This document shows positions 50,111 through 63,689 of a DNA stretch of 64,000 nucleotides, one piece after another. The translations under genes and the position numbers were made by a program. The notes beneath the pieces were generated by a model. The model was not told the DNA's origin. It saw only the letters and a program-made list of their open reading frames with translations, and made no database searches. The stretch comes from Geosiphon pyriformis uo1 (taxonomy: Eukaryota > Fungi > Glomeromycota): contig JAAOMT010000786.1 of NCBI GenBank assembly GCA_016748015.1, forward strand, positions 437,814 through 501,813, read 5' to 3'. The first letter of the stretch is position 1. The number at the start of each line of letters is the position of its first letter.

Positions 50111-52839
50111 AAATAGTTTGAATTTATTATACTAAATAATTAAAATTTTTTTCCAATAAATGTACTTTTTCTGTAAATTTTAGATGTAAAAAAAAATTTT
50201 ATAATTATACAAATTTAATTGGATTTAATATAAAATAAATAAACTAAATAAAATTTATTTTTAAAATTAAAAAAATATAAAAAATATAAAAAAATTAGAT
50301 TATTAATCAAAAATTTTTTTATAAAATAATTTTTTGTAAAAAAAAGTTTATTTAATTTTAATTAAATAATAAATATTAATTTTTATGTGAATATATTTGT
50401 AAATATACTGTAAAAAAACAAAAAACAATAAATTAAACTAATTTATAATAAAAATACAAATATATTTTCAATATATCAAAAAAAAATTATATCTAAATTT
50501 TTATTATTAAAAATATATTAGACAAATATATTAATAAGCAAACTTTTTTTAATCTGTTAACTAATTCAAAAAAAAATAAAAACTATTATTTAAGTTTTAA
50601 TATTAATTTATAAAAACCAAAAATAATAGCTTATTAAATTTAATATTAACTTTGCAATTATTATTTTATTTTATATTATTTTAAATATTATAACAGATAT
50701 AATTTTATTTATATTTTACTATTATATATTATTTATTTAATCTTTAAGTTCAAAAAATTAATTAATAAATTAAAATTAAAGCTTAATTTTAATTTAGTTT
50801 TTTGTATAAACTATATAATAAAAAATTTTTAAAAATTATTTTCTATTAACTAAATTAATTTTTAAAAATAAATAAATAAATAAATTAATTAAAAAATATA
50901 TAAAAAATATATTTTTTTTTGATTTTAAAAATAGTAATAATTAATTAAAAATTAATATATTAATAACTTAATTATATATTAATTAAAATTAATTTTAATA
51001 AACATTATTACTATTATTATTTATAAAAAAAAATTTATTTACAACCAAATTTAAATTAAGTATTATAATTAATACAAATATTATAAAATTAATATAAATA
51101 TTAGAAAAATTAAGTAAACCAAATATTTTATTTTTTACAAAAAAAAATACAAATTTTAAAATAAAAATATTAATTTAAAAAATACCAAAAAAAATTAAAT
51201 ACTTTAAATTTAAGAAAAAAAAAGTAGTTTTTTGTTTTTTATTTATTTAAATATTAAAAAAAATAGTATTTTGGTTATTAATTTATTATTAAATATTTTT
51301 AAACTTTTTATAATAATAATAAAAATTACTTAAAATTAGCTTTAATAATTTATTTAAAAAGAATTTTAGATGAAAAAAACTTTTATTTAAAGTCAAAAAA
51401 AGTGTTTTATCAATAATTAAAGACTGTTTTGTGTTTTTATTATTTAAAAAAAGCATTTTAAAAAATGTTGTTTGATAATTTTTATTTTTAAAAAGACTTT
51501 TTAAGTATTAAAATTAATAAATAAATTTTTTAATTTTTTTTAAATTTAAATAAAAAATTTATTTTTAATAAATTGAATTTAATTTAAATATTAAAATTAT
51601 TATTTTGTTAAAAAATATAAATTAAGTCTTTTATAAATATAAAAAAGTATTATTTAAACAAAATTAATTTTTAATTAACAATTTTTATTTTTATTATTTT
51701 TTAAACATTATTTTTTTTATTAATTTTTATATTATTAATCTTTATAAATAAATATTTACTAAAAATACAACTTTTTTACAAGTTATTAGTTTTAAAAATA
51801 ATATTGTTGAGTATTTTTTTGAATTTAAAAATAATAATAAAAATAAAACAAGTTTAATTATTAACTTAAAAAATTAAATTATTAAATTTAAAAACTGTAT
51901 AATTAAAAATAATTTATTAACTTGATTTTTAACATATTATAAAAAACAATAATTTGTTTTTAATTAATAAAAAAATTCAAATGTTATTTTTTATTATTAA
52001 AATTAATCAATAAGCAAAAATATATTTAACAATATTAAAAAACTTGAAATAAATATTAATATATTATTACAAACTAATAAACTTTATTTTAATATTAGAA
52101 ATTTTATCAAAAATACCAAAAACATTCTTAATTATATTAAAAAAATATTAAAAAAATATTGTAAAAATTTATAACAACAAAAATAGAAGCAAATTTAAAT
52201 AATATAAAATATTTTACAATTTTAAAAATAGTAAAAAATAATAAATTAACAAATTTAATCTTAATAATAATATTTAAAAAAACTTAAAATACAAATTTTA
52301 CACAAAAAATTTAATATAGTTTTTAATAATCAATTTTAAACTAATAAATCCATATAGAAATCAAACCATAATTTTAACATAAACTAATTTAATTTTTGTA
52401 GTTTTATTAAGTATTTGAGTAAAAACCATTATTTAAAAAAAATTAGTAATTATTTTTTAAATACTATTAAAACCAATAGTGTTTTCGGAAAACAAAAAAA
52501 AAGAGAATGCTTTAGTGTTTTAATTATTGATTAATTTGATTTTAATTAATTAATTAATTAATTAATTAATTTAATTTAATTTAATTTATCACAAATAATA
52601 TAAAACAAAATAGTTAAATATTTTAATTAATATTATAAATATTAAAAGATAATTATAAAATTTTTTTTTAAAACGGTAAAATGGAAAATAAAAGTATGTT
52701 ACATTTATATATTTAAATTTTATTAATAAAAGATAATTTTACTAAATATAAAATATAATTCTAATTTAATTATGATTGATTTATAATTAAAAAGAAATAA
52801 ATTTGATTAAACTCATTTAAACGATTACACATGAAAAAT

Positions 52840-54395
52840 TCATTCAAAATTTTCTTCAACTTTGTTACTCTCAGGTAAATAGACTAATTTTTTAAAAAGA
52901 AAGTTAAAATATGTAATTAAAGCAAATAAAATGAATCATTTTATAAATTAAATAAACAAACCTGTTGAAAAATTGACCATTTGAGCAGTTAAAAGACGAC
53001 TTGTATAAACTGCTTCTGGATGAATTGCTATCTTTGTTGTTGTCGAGTCATTTTTTGCTGTTTTTCTTATGAGTTTATTTGATTTCCCAAAGTGTATCCA
53101 TCTTTTAAACCTATTATTAATATTATTAACATTATACAAATGGTTAAGTTCTATAAACTTATATTTAACCTCTATGGCAGTAGGACGATTCTTAGGATTA
53201 GCATCCCAACACTTTTTAATGAGTTTACGGATAGAAGGTGGAATAAGTGGGGAGGTAATATTAGGTCTTTGACCATTTAAAATAGCCATTATAAGGATTT
53301 CGTCATGAGGACAATCATGAAAAGGAGGTTTTCCTGTTGATAATTCCCATAATAACATTCCTAGACTATAAATATCACCAGCTGTTGTAAACTTTTCTCC
53401 TCTTAAAACTTCTGGTGGAATATATGGAATCACTCCAAATATCTTTTTTTCCTCTGTTGTTATTGTTGTTGTTGTTGCTTCATGGTTTACTGATTGACAT
53501 AATCCGAGGTCTCCAATATTTACCCAGTCTTCACCTAATTGTAGGATGTTGCCCGAATGTAGGTCACGATGAACCAAACCAGTAGAATGAATATGTTCAA
53601 GTCCCCAAGCTATATGACGTGCGATACTTAATTTATCATACCAACTCGTAGAATGAAAATTTGTTGATAAATATTTTCGCATATCTCCATGTTTGGCAAA
53701 CTTCATCACAATTCCATACTCGAGTGTTTCAGCGTTTCGCGTAATCCCAAATATTTTAGAGACAAAAAAAGTTTCATATCCCTTATAACTAAACATAGCA
53801 CTTTGAATATTTAACTATCAGAACACAGTGTAAAAAAAGATTAAATAAATAGATAATATATATAGTAAATAAATAATAGGTAAATATGAATTAATTAAAA
53901 ATGAATTAAATATATATATATATATATAAATAATAATACTTTGTTTACCTCTTTAAACACTTCTGAACTGTTCTTTTTTATAATTTTTATTGCTACTTGC
54001 ATCCCTTTTGTAAATCTATTTCTTTTATATTCCATTGAACCATGATGTTTTATACTTTCTACATCAATTAATCCATCAATATAGGTTGCTTTATAAATTA
54101 TACCAAACCCTCCTCTAGCAATTTCGTTGATATTCGACAAACGCTCCCATGGAATCCATTCATAGTAATAGTAATTCAATTCAATATAATTATGAATATA
54201 GATTGGATTCTTAATTATTTTATCAACTTCTTCATTGCCACTTGAAAAGTCTTTATAATGTTTTTCAAAAAACATGAACTGACATTTACTACAATTATTA
54301 GACCAATTATATTGAATAATCTGTTGACACCGTTGACATTCATTGCAATCATGAACCTCTGGACGAGTCGTTCTTTTAATTTCTTTGTTTTCCAT
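52840..54395 (-). CDS. Tyrosine-kinase-like (TKL) protein kinase of the Glomeromycotina-expanded type; exons ~54395-53949, 53814-52962, 52883-52840
   Basis: EWIPWERL..IARGGFGIIYKA, VAIK, HRDLHSGNIL, DLG, GVIPYIPPE, DIYSLG, CWDANPKNRP, HPEAVYTSRLL; N-terminal CxxC pairs; GT-AG introns keep the frame. Confidence 0.92.
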
Positions 54396-55596
54396 GATAT
54401 AAATAACGGACAAAGGATAAAATGTGAATAAGTTATTATTCAAAGAGGGTTCCTTTAAAGGTTTATTTGATAGTACGTTTATAGTTATTTGTCCTAAAGG
54501 CGAGTTCTTATTTATATTGTTTCGCATAGTGTAACAAATCAATTTATTAAACTTATTCATCAGACTGTGATTCGCTACAAATCATACTAAATAGGTTTAA
54601 CTATGAACAAATTTAAGTAGCTATAATACACAAAGACGCCAAACTAAAAACGATTTAGGCTTCATGTATTACATGAAAAATATTGTACTGCTGAAATTCT
54701 TTGTGGACTAAAATAGAGAATGGCCGGCGGCCAAAAATGTTATCGTGTTTCTAAATTCCAAAAAAAGGTCGACACGTAAATGTTACCTTTGATATCATCA
54801 CACTTTCTATTTATTCCCGCCGTTATATTGCCCAAACTTATCCCTCTGTTTCACTAAAAGCTTCAAGAAGAAACACTTGCAATAAGCGCCATTATAAAAT
54901 AAATAAAAAAATGTAAATTTGAAGAAATATATTTTAATTTAGTATCCCTTTATTTTAGTTACTAATAAATGGTAATAACAATAATCTAAATAAACACTTT
55001 TATTAATGCATCACCAATCTTTATTATTATTAAATAAAAGTTGTTATTGAAATTTGAAAATTTTGTTTACAATTTATATTCATAATATATTTTTATTATT
55101 CATATTTACTTTAAATATATTTAAAAAAAATTTTTTATTGTTAATTGCTTAAAAAGTTTTAAACATAATAAAAAAGTTTTTTTTTAATATTATATTTTTA
55201 TTTTAAAAAAAATTATAATAATTATAATTATAAAAATTTTTTTATTTTTTTATTACGAGGTTTAACGAGTGAAGCCCAAAAATTTATAATAATAAAATTA
55301 AAATTGTTTTTAATTAAAAAAAAAATTTTTTAATTATTAATATTAAGATTTTTTATTGCTAAAAATCTTGTTTTAATTTATCGTTTTTTGTTAAAATTTT
55401 TATGTATCAATAATTTAATTATTCTAATTAATTACATTTATAAATTATTAAAAATTATAATAATACAAATAATTCAATAATTAAATATTGTATAATAAAA
55501 AATATAAAATAAAATAATTTTAAATTAATAATAATTACTAAAAATTTTAGTAAATTTTTTGGTATTTACTTATTAGTCAAGAATTTTTTTGAAAAA

Positions 55597-55597
<1 letters not shown>

Positions 55598-55656
<59 letters not shown>

Positions 55657-55657
55657 C
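55598..55657 (+). repeat. (AAC)20 microsatellite in the divergent intergenic region, ~175 bp upstream of the BRCA2 ATG
   Basis: Perfect trinucleotide run. Confidence 0.97.
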
Positions 55658-55830
55658 CAAAATAGAAATAAGAACGTTTGATGTAACATCACACACAAAA
55701 ACAGTTTATTTTTTTATTTTTAGTATCGAATATGTCATTCTATTTTTACCTAAATTTCGATGATCGGCTCCGTTATTTTTAAAATTTTCAACGCGACCTG
55801 TCAAGTTGATATCAAAAATTGTTATTTGAA

Positions 55831-58800
55831 ATGTCAGCTGTGCAACCTTTTTTCGAGTCAAAAAAGTCTCCTAACAAGAGAAGCTGTACTGAGCCTTCCG
55901 AACAAGATTTATCCTGCACGTTTAAAAAAAAACTCAAAAAACAAGTCGAATCGACATACACTTCTTCAGAGAATAATGTGGGGTTAGATTATGACTCTTG
56001 TTCCTTTTCAGTAAACGAGGCATCTCTTTCACCTGGTTATAGCCCAACCAAGCATAATTCTTGGGAAAAAAATGAACTTCACCTCTTCTCAAATTCTACT
56101 TAATCTCTTAAACACCGATATTTTCAGATGAGGAAAGAATTGAAATATCAACATCTGAAATTAAGCTCACATCTCAGGTGAACCTTGATGATAGAACTAA
56201 TGATGCGGCAAGTATTACTGACCTTCAAACTGTAAACCTGCTTGCGGTTTCTCAGAATACTAGAAAACATCTAACTGCTTGCCACCCGAACAATTTTAAG
56301 CAATCTGAATCATCGCTGTTACCTCAACATTTGTTCAGTGATGAATCTAAAAATTTGGACATCCTTTCCGATTTACCTTTAACTAGTTCAGAATGCGCAG
56401 ATTCATTTTCTTCGGAGGCTGAGAGAGATCATTCCTTTAAAACATCAAAAATTCTTGATTCGCAACAAAAGCAAAGCGCTGAAGAATCCCAAAATTTCTT
56501 CGGCTTTCGTACAAGTAGTGGAAAAAGCGTTGGCATAGTCTCCCCTAGTAAAATTGCAAAAGCAAAATCATTAATATCACATATCCTTGTTGATCCATCT
56601 GAAGAAAACGTGTCGGGAACTGATGATTTCTTAACTTTAGATGATATTAAAAAATCTACCCTAAATGTTTTTGATGATTTATTGTCACCACATTTAAAGG
56701 CGCCTGATTCGGATTTAATGTCCAATGATCTCCCGGCAGAATCTTTAAATGACAGTAAAAACCCCCGCTCAATTTCTGTCGCTCAAACATTTGGTTTGCA
56801 GCAATTACTTTCGGCTTCAGATCTCAAAATAAATTCAAACTTTGAATCTGAGCCATCATTCACGAACTTTTCACGATTTTCTACTGGTAGTGGAAAGCCA
56901 GTTGGACCAGTTTCTACTGTCCGGCTCAATCAAGCAAAATCGTTACTTTCAAATTTAAATTTCGAACCGGACTCCAATTTCCAAGTTACTCCCCCATCCG
57001 CAGTTCTCTCCCAATTTTCTCCTGCTCGGCTCAACCAAGCAAAATCTTTATTTTCAGATTTAAATTTCAAATCGGACTCAAATTTTCTAGTTACTCCCCC
57101 ATCCACAATTTCCTCCCAATTTTCTACTGGTAGTGGAAGATCAGTTGGACTAATTTCTCCTGCTCGGCTCAACCAAGCAAAATATTTATTTTCAGATTTA
57201 AATTTCGAACCGGACTCCAATTTCCAAGCTACTCCCCCATCCACAGTTTCCTCCCAATTTTCTACTGGTAGTGGAAGATCAGTTGGACCAATTTCTTCTG
57301 CTCGGTTCAATCAAGCAAAATCTTTATTTTCAGATTTAAATTTCGAACAGAACTCGAATTTTCTAGTTACTCCCCCATCCACAGTTTCCTCCCAATTTTC
57401 TACTGGTAGTGGAAGATTAGTTGGGCCAATTTCTTCTGATCGGCTCAATCAAGCGAAATCTTTATTTTCAGATATAAATCTTGAATCGGATTCAAATCTT
57501 GAAGTTACTCCGCAATTCACAAACTTTGCACAGCTCTCGAATCATGATCGAAGTCCTACCTCGAGTTCTCTGTTTTTTCAAGAAAAATCAATAATTACAG
57601 AACCTTTTAGCAACACATTTCATTCTATTATCANNNNNNNNNNNNNNNNNNNNNNNNNNNNNNNNNNNNNNNNNNNNNNNNNNNNNNNNNNNNNNNNNNN
57701 NNNNNNNNNNNNNNNNNNNNNNNNNNNNNNNNNNNNNNNNNNNNNNNNNNNNNNNNNNNNNNNNNNNNNNNNNNNNNNNNNNNNNNNNNNNNNNNNNNNN
57801 NNNNNNNNNNNNNNNNNNNNNNNNNNNNNNNNNNNNNNNNNNNNNNNNNNNNNNNNNNNNNNNNNNNNNNNNNNNNNNNNNNNNNNNNNNNNNNNNNNNN
57901 NNNNNNNNNNNNNNNNNNNNNNNNNNNNNNNNNNNNNNNNNNNNNNNNNNNNNNNNNNNNNNNNNNNNNNNNNNNNNNNNNNNNNNNNNNNNNNNNNNNN
58001 NNNNNNNNNNNNNNNNNNNNNNNNNNNNNNNNNNNNNNNNNNNNNNNNNNNNNNNNNNNNNNNNNNNNNNNNNNNNNNNNNNNNNNNNNNNNNNNNNNNN
58101 NNNNNNNNNNNNNNNNNNNNNNNNNNNNNNNNNNNNNNNNNNNNNNNNNNNNNNNNNNNNNNNNNNNNNNNNNNNNNNNNNNNNNNNNNNNNNNNNNNNN
58201 NNNNNNNNNNNNNNNNNNNNNNNNNNNNNNNNNNNNNNNNNNNNNNNNNNNNNNNNNNNNNNNNNNNNNNNNNNNNNNNNNNNNNNNNNNNNNNNNNNNN
58301 NNNNNNNNNNNNNNNNNNNNNNNNNNNNNNNNNNNNNNNNNNNNNNNNNNNNNNNNNNNNNNNNNNNNNNNNNNNNNNNNNNNNNNNNNNNNNNNNNNNN
58401 NNNNNNNNNNNNNNNNNNNNNNNNNNNNNNNNNNNNNNNNNNNNNNNNNNNNNNNNNNNNNNNNNNNNNNNNNNNNNNNNNNNNNNNNNNNNNNNNNNNN
58501 NNNNNNNNNNNNNNNNNNNNNNNNNNNNNNNNNNNNNNNNNNNNNNNNNNNNNNNNNNNNNNNNNNNNNNNNNNNNNNNNNATGAAAGACAGCAAGTCCA
58601 ATCGGCTCGCCCTAAAAAATCAAACCATAAATTTCTGAAAGAGAAGGTTTTCAAAGGTGGTCTTTTTTATTATATCAAATAGACTATAACCAACTGATTA
58701 TATTAAATGAGATTTATTATTCAATATTAAATTGGCCAGAAATTGAAGATAACCTTTCAACCTCAGAGATTTATGAATTGATGCAACAAGATTGGGACCC

Positions 58801-59919
58801 TTCAAGAATACATAATATTGAAAGAGCAAGAAGCATCTTCTGAAATGAATCAATGGATTTCTGAAGAGCTCAAGGTATTTTTGGAAATTTACCCAGCTTT
58901 TATCAACTTGATATTCTTTGGCTAATTTATTATGACTATCATAGAAAATGGACATTGATCGTTTAGTTGTCCCTTATTTTAGAGTGAGTATCTGTGATTA
59001 TTCCGGATCATCCATGGATGATAGGTGTAAAGCAACCCTGACTATGTGGAGACCTGATGAAAATCTTTACAGTAATATCAAAGAGGGTGGACGATATCTA
59101 GTAAACAAATAATCCTATTTAAATGATCTTAATTTTTCTGACATTTGACATTTTAATGACTATAAATTTACATATTAGATTCACAACGTTACGACACCTA
59201 ATTGGCAAACTTATCCACTTTCCCCAGGGACTCCCATGCGTTTAAACTCGATGGGGCATTCTATCCTCTGGAAAGAAGCTCTCTTGGATCCAAAGAAATT
59301 AGGGGTATCTATGTATAAACCGAGAAGTATCACCTCTTGCAGTGACCTTTGGAAAGCCCAAAACCACCTCGAAGTTGACCTCGTAGTTTGTGTCCTCGGT
59401 AAGAGTGTCAAGAGCCAAATATTTTCCTATCAATGATTATTTTTCATCTTTCACTTTTCTTTAGTGGTTTCCGAGCCGAGACTTTGTATTCAGGCTAATG
59501 GGAAAGAAATCTTGGCCAAAACAATGTTGGTGACTGATAACAGTCAGCAATTAACGTTAATTGAATGCACAAAGCAATCATTCACTGAACTTATTAAGGT
59601 ATTTAGTTATTAAGACTCTTCTGAAACTTTTGGATTGAACTAACAAAAATACAATAAACCCGATCCTGGTTAGCCAATGTGTATTGTTTTCTTCAAGAAT
59701 TTAAGATACCGAAAATGTGAATTTGAATTTGGTGTCCACTTCCTTGCTACCAATCCTGAAACAGAAATCAAGGTGTCGCCTAGAGAGATCTATGCGCAAG
59801 AGACAATTACAGATTTGAAACAATGGGTTAAAAATAACAAACCCACCTTGGATGAATTGCAATCAACCGCAGTTGAGATCTGTGGGCCTTTATTGGATAA
59901 GATATACTATCTTAAATGA
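55831..59919 (+). CDS. BRCA2: BRCA2/Brh2 orthologue (BRC repeats + tower/OB folds); multi-exon, interrupted by N gap 57634-58581, apparent frameshift near 58800
   Basis: BRC-type motifs F(S/R)T(G/S)SGK/RxVxxxSxxxLxxAKxLFSD; OB2-like VVPYFRVSICDY..ATLTMWRPDENLYSNIKEGGRYL; OB3-like YKPR..EVDLVVCVL. Predicted introns: 56036-56127, 58657-58739, 58875-58944, 59101-59178, 59399-59464, 59599-59673. Confidence 0.88.
56877..57533 (+). repeat. 138-bp coding tandem repeat (5 units, one shortened to 105 bp) encoding BRC repeats
   Basis: Unit starts at 56877, 57015, 57120, 57258, 57396. Confidence 0.93.
57634..58581. other. Assembly gap within BRCA2
   Basis: Run of N. Confidence 1.
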
Positions 59920-60074
59920 CAATTGGCCCAAATAAATAAATTATAAGAAATTAATAAATAACTTAAAAGAAGGGCAAAGTAAAATAAAAAAATTAATTTT
60001 TTAATTACAGCAAATTTATTAATTTCAAACATTAAACATTAAAAAATTCACTTTTTTAATAATAAGTAATAATT

Positions 60075-60080
<6 letters not shown>

Positions 60081-60130
<50 letters not shown>
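60081..60130 (+). repeat. (TTA)n microsatellite
   Basis: Trinucleotide run of about 16 units. Confidence 0.9.
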
Positions 60131-63100
60131 GTTAAAAAAATGTTGTTTTAATTTTACAATATTGGCTTAATTTTTAAAATTGTTATTATTTTATAATAAT
60201 TAAAATAAATATATATTAAATAATTAATTAAAAATAAATTAAAATTGTTAATATTATAATAATAATTTTAAATTTTTTTATTGTTTTTATAAAATATAAT
60301 TTTATTTTTATTTATATATATAAAACTAAAATATTTTATAATAAATAAAGTTTATATTTTTTTTATATATAATTAATTATTTAAATTAATTATCTAAATT
60401 AATTATATCAATATAATATACTATTTATTTATTTTTATTATTTTTTAAATAAGTACAGTTCAATTATTATCTAGTATACAAAATTAAACTAAATAATTCT
60501 AACTAAATATAATTAATGTGTTTATTATATATGACCAGCTATTTAAGCCAATTTAGACAACACTACATACTTATATATATAATTAGACTACTATCTATAT
60601 TAAAAAAGAAAACACAAAGCAAATATCTATTAATAAAAAATAAAAAAAGTATTTTTAAAATAAATATCTTCTGTTCAGATTTAAAATTAATAAAACTATT
60701 ATTAAAATTAATAATTAGTTAATTTAAAATATTATTATAAAAAAATCGGGGGTTTTAAAATAAAAATTTATTTTGTTAATTTGTTTACAATTAATTAATT
60801 ATTAGATTAAATTTAAATAAAATAAAATAAAATATATTTATTAAAAAAAAGCATTTTTTATATAATCTGTTATAATATTATTTTAATACTTAGTATTTTT
60901 TTTGTTAATATTTTAATAAACAAGTTATTTTAGTAAATTATCAAATATTTAACAAAATTTTAAATATTATACAAATTATAAAATCTAATAATTGTTTTAA
61001 TCTTGTAATAAATATTTATTAGTTTAGTTATTGCCTTAAATTTATTGTAAATTTGTTTTTAAATAACTTTAAAAATAAAATTTATTAATTTAAGTTTCAT
61101 TTTTTTATGGAATAATTTTTTAATATAAAATTATCTATAAATAAAAATATATATTTCATTTTATTTATTAAAATACTATTAAAATTTTTATTGAATTGTA
61201 ATATCTGGTAAAATATTAATAAAAAAAACATTGTATTTTTTTTAAAGTTTTAGTAAATAAATTTTAAAATAACTTTTGTGTTTTTTCTATAAAAATAATA
61301 ATTTATTTAATTTGACTTTTAATTATTAAAAATAAATTAAAAAATATTTTAAAAAATAATTATTGTAAAATACAATAAAAATATTTTTTGATATAAGTAA
61401 TTTTTATATATTTTTAATTAAAATTTTTTTTGGTATATAATTATTTTTTTAATATTTTTTGAATAATTAATTAATATAAATATAATATAGATTAAAAAAA
61501 ATTAAGTATATAAGTTTAAGTATTGTTTAATAATAATTATTGGTTTTAAGTTTTGGAAAATATTTTTTAAATTAATTAAAAAAAATTATGCATTAATTTG
61601 TAAAATTTAAAATTTAAAATTGATTTTTAAATAATAGTATTTTAATCTATTATTATATATAATTTTTTTTAAAACTTTATTATCAAGTCTTAACTTATAT
61701 AATTTAGTGTTATTATAAAAGTGTTTTTTTAATAAATTAATTATTAATACTCTTAATTTAAACTATAATTACTCTTTTATAAGTTTTTTAATTTTAATTA
61801 TATAATAATATTATTATTATTATAATAAAAATTTTTTGTTAAAATTGCAATATATATCTTTTTTTAAATTTTATATATTATGTACTTTTTTTTAAAAACT
61901 AATTTAAATTTACTTATTACTATTAAAATTTTTTAAAACTATCTTAAAATTGCTTAAAGTGTTTTTTTAATTAAAAAAAATAGAATATTAATAATTTTAA
62001 AATAAAAAATAAATTTTTATATTAAATTATTATATATAAATATTTATAATTTTATAAGATAATATATTATAATATTTTATTTTAATATTTTTAAATAGTG
62101 TTTATTGTTATTACAAAATAATTATTGTTATTATAAAATAATATTTATTATTAATACTATTTAATAATTATAGTTATATAAATTATTAATTTTTTAAAAT
62201 TATTATTGTATTATATTATAATTAAATAATTTATATTATTTATGATTTACTAAATTTTTAATTTTTAATAATTTTGTTAATAAATTTATTATTGTGTTTA
62301 AAAATAGTAGTATATAATATAAAACTATGTTTTTTTTTTACTTTAAAACTTTTTACTGTTTTTTTATGTATGTTATTTTGAAATTATTGATTGTAGTTTT
62401 TAAATTTAAATTAAATTATATTGTTAATATTTTTTGAAATATGTATTATTATTGAATAAAAAATACGAATTTAATAATTTTTAACAATAATGTTTTATTA
62501 AAAAATATATATATAATTATAAACTATTTTAGTATTTAAAAGAGTAAAAAAAATATTATTATTATTATTTATTTTTAAACAAAAACCAGTTTTATTATAA
62601 GTTTTAAAAAAAAATAATCAAATTTTATTAAAGCATAAAAAAAGCAATTAGTCAAAAATTAAAACTAATTTAACAAAATATAACTAAGATTTTTTTCAAT
62701 TAATTATCAAAATATATAATGTTTAAAAATCTAATTTGTAAATAATAAATATAAAAAATTATTAAAAAGTTTATAAAAAAACAGAATTAAAATATTATTA
62801 TTAAGATTATATTTTTAATAATATAATAATAAAACTAATACTTATTTATAAAAATAAAACATAATATATGTTTAAAAAAAATAAAATAATAATAAACTCA
62901 AAATATTAATAAAAATATGTTTTAAAATATTAATAATAAATATAAAATATATATATTAAAATGTTAATAACAAATATTTAAAGTATAAAAAAAGGAAAAA
63001 AAAATTTAAAAAAAAAAACCAATTGCTTATTATAAAATTATAAAAAAAATTAATTTAATATAAAACTAATACTTTTTAAAGTTAATACAAAACTTGTATA

Positions 63101-63689
63101 TAATAGTTAAATTATATAAAATTTATATATTATATTAAAACTATAAATATATAGTAAACTTTTTTTATAGTTTTTTTAATTATAATTACTATTTTTTTAT
63201 AATTATATTTTTTTAAAAACCAAAATTATTTATATATAATATTATCTTTTTATAGTTACTTTTACTATATATTTCTTTTTATAATCTCTATTTCTGCAAA
63301 TATAATAGCAAAATATAGATAATTTCTATTTTTTATAGTTATATTTTAATTATATAATATTAGATATATTGTGTCTTAAATGTTGTTTTGTTTTAAATAT
63401 TATTATATAAGATGTCTTAAATATTATAAAATATTTTTAATTATAAAAAATGTTTCAAATATTATTTTAAAATATTAATTTTATTTTGTATTTAAGTATT
63501 GTAATAATAAAATTTATATTAATCTATTATTGTTTGTTTTATTCATAAATTTATTATTTTATTGGTATAATTTTAAAAATTACAATATATTAATTATTGT
63601 AAAATAATATATTTTGTTTAGTCTTAATAACAAATATTGAATAATTATCCAAAAATTTAATTAGTATTACTGTAATAATTACTATAACT

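Noticed and set aside
53895-54560. ORF-track start (54560) and end (53895) for the first kinase exon
   Set aside because: The ATG at 54395 and GT donor at 53948 fit the family pattern better; the extra residues look like UTR or intron read-through
57634-58581. Loss of the BRCA2 helical domain and OB1
   Set aside because: These would lie in the N gap, whose true size is unknown; cannot be judged
60516-60722. Short K/I/L-rich ORFs in AT-rich tracts (also 48040-48234, 49887-50102)
   Set aside because: Compositional artefacts with no recognisable motifs in those frames
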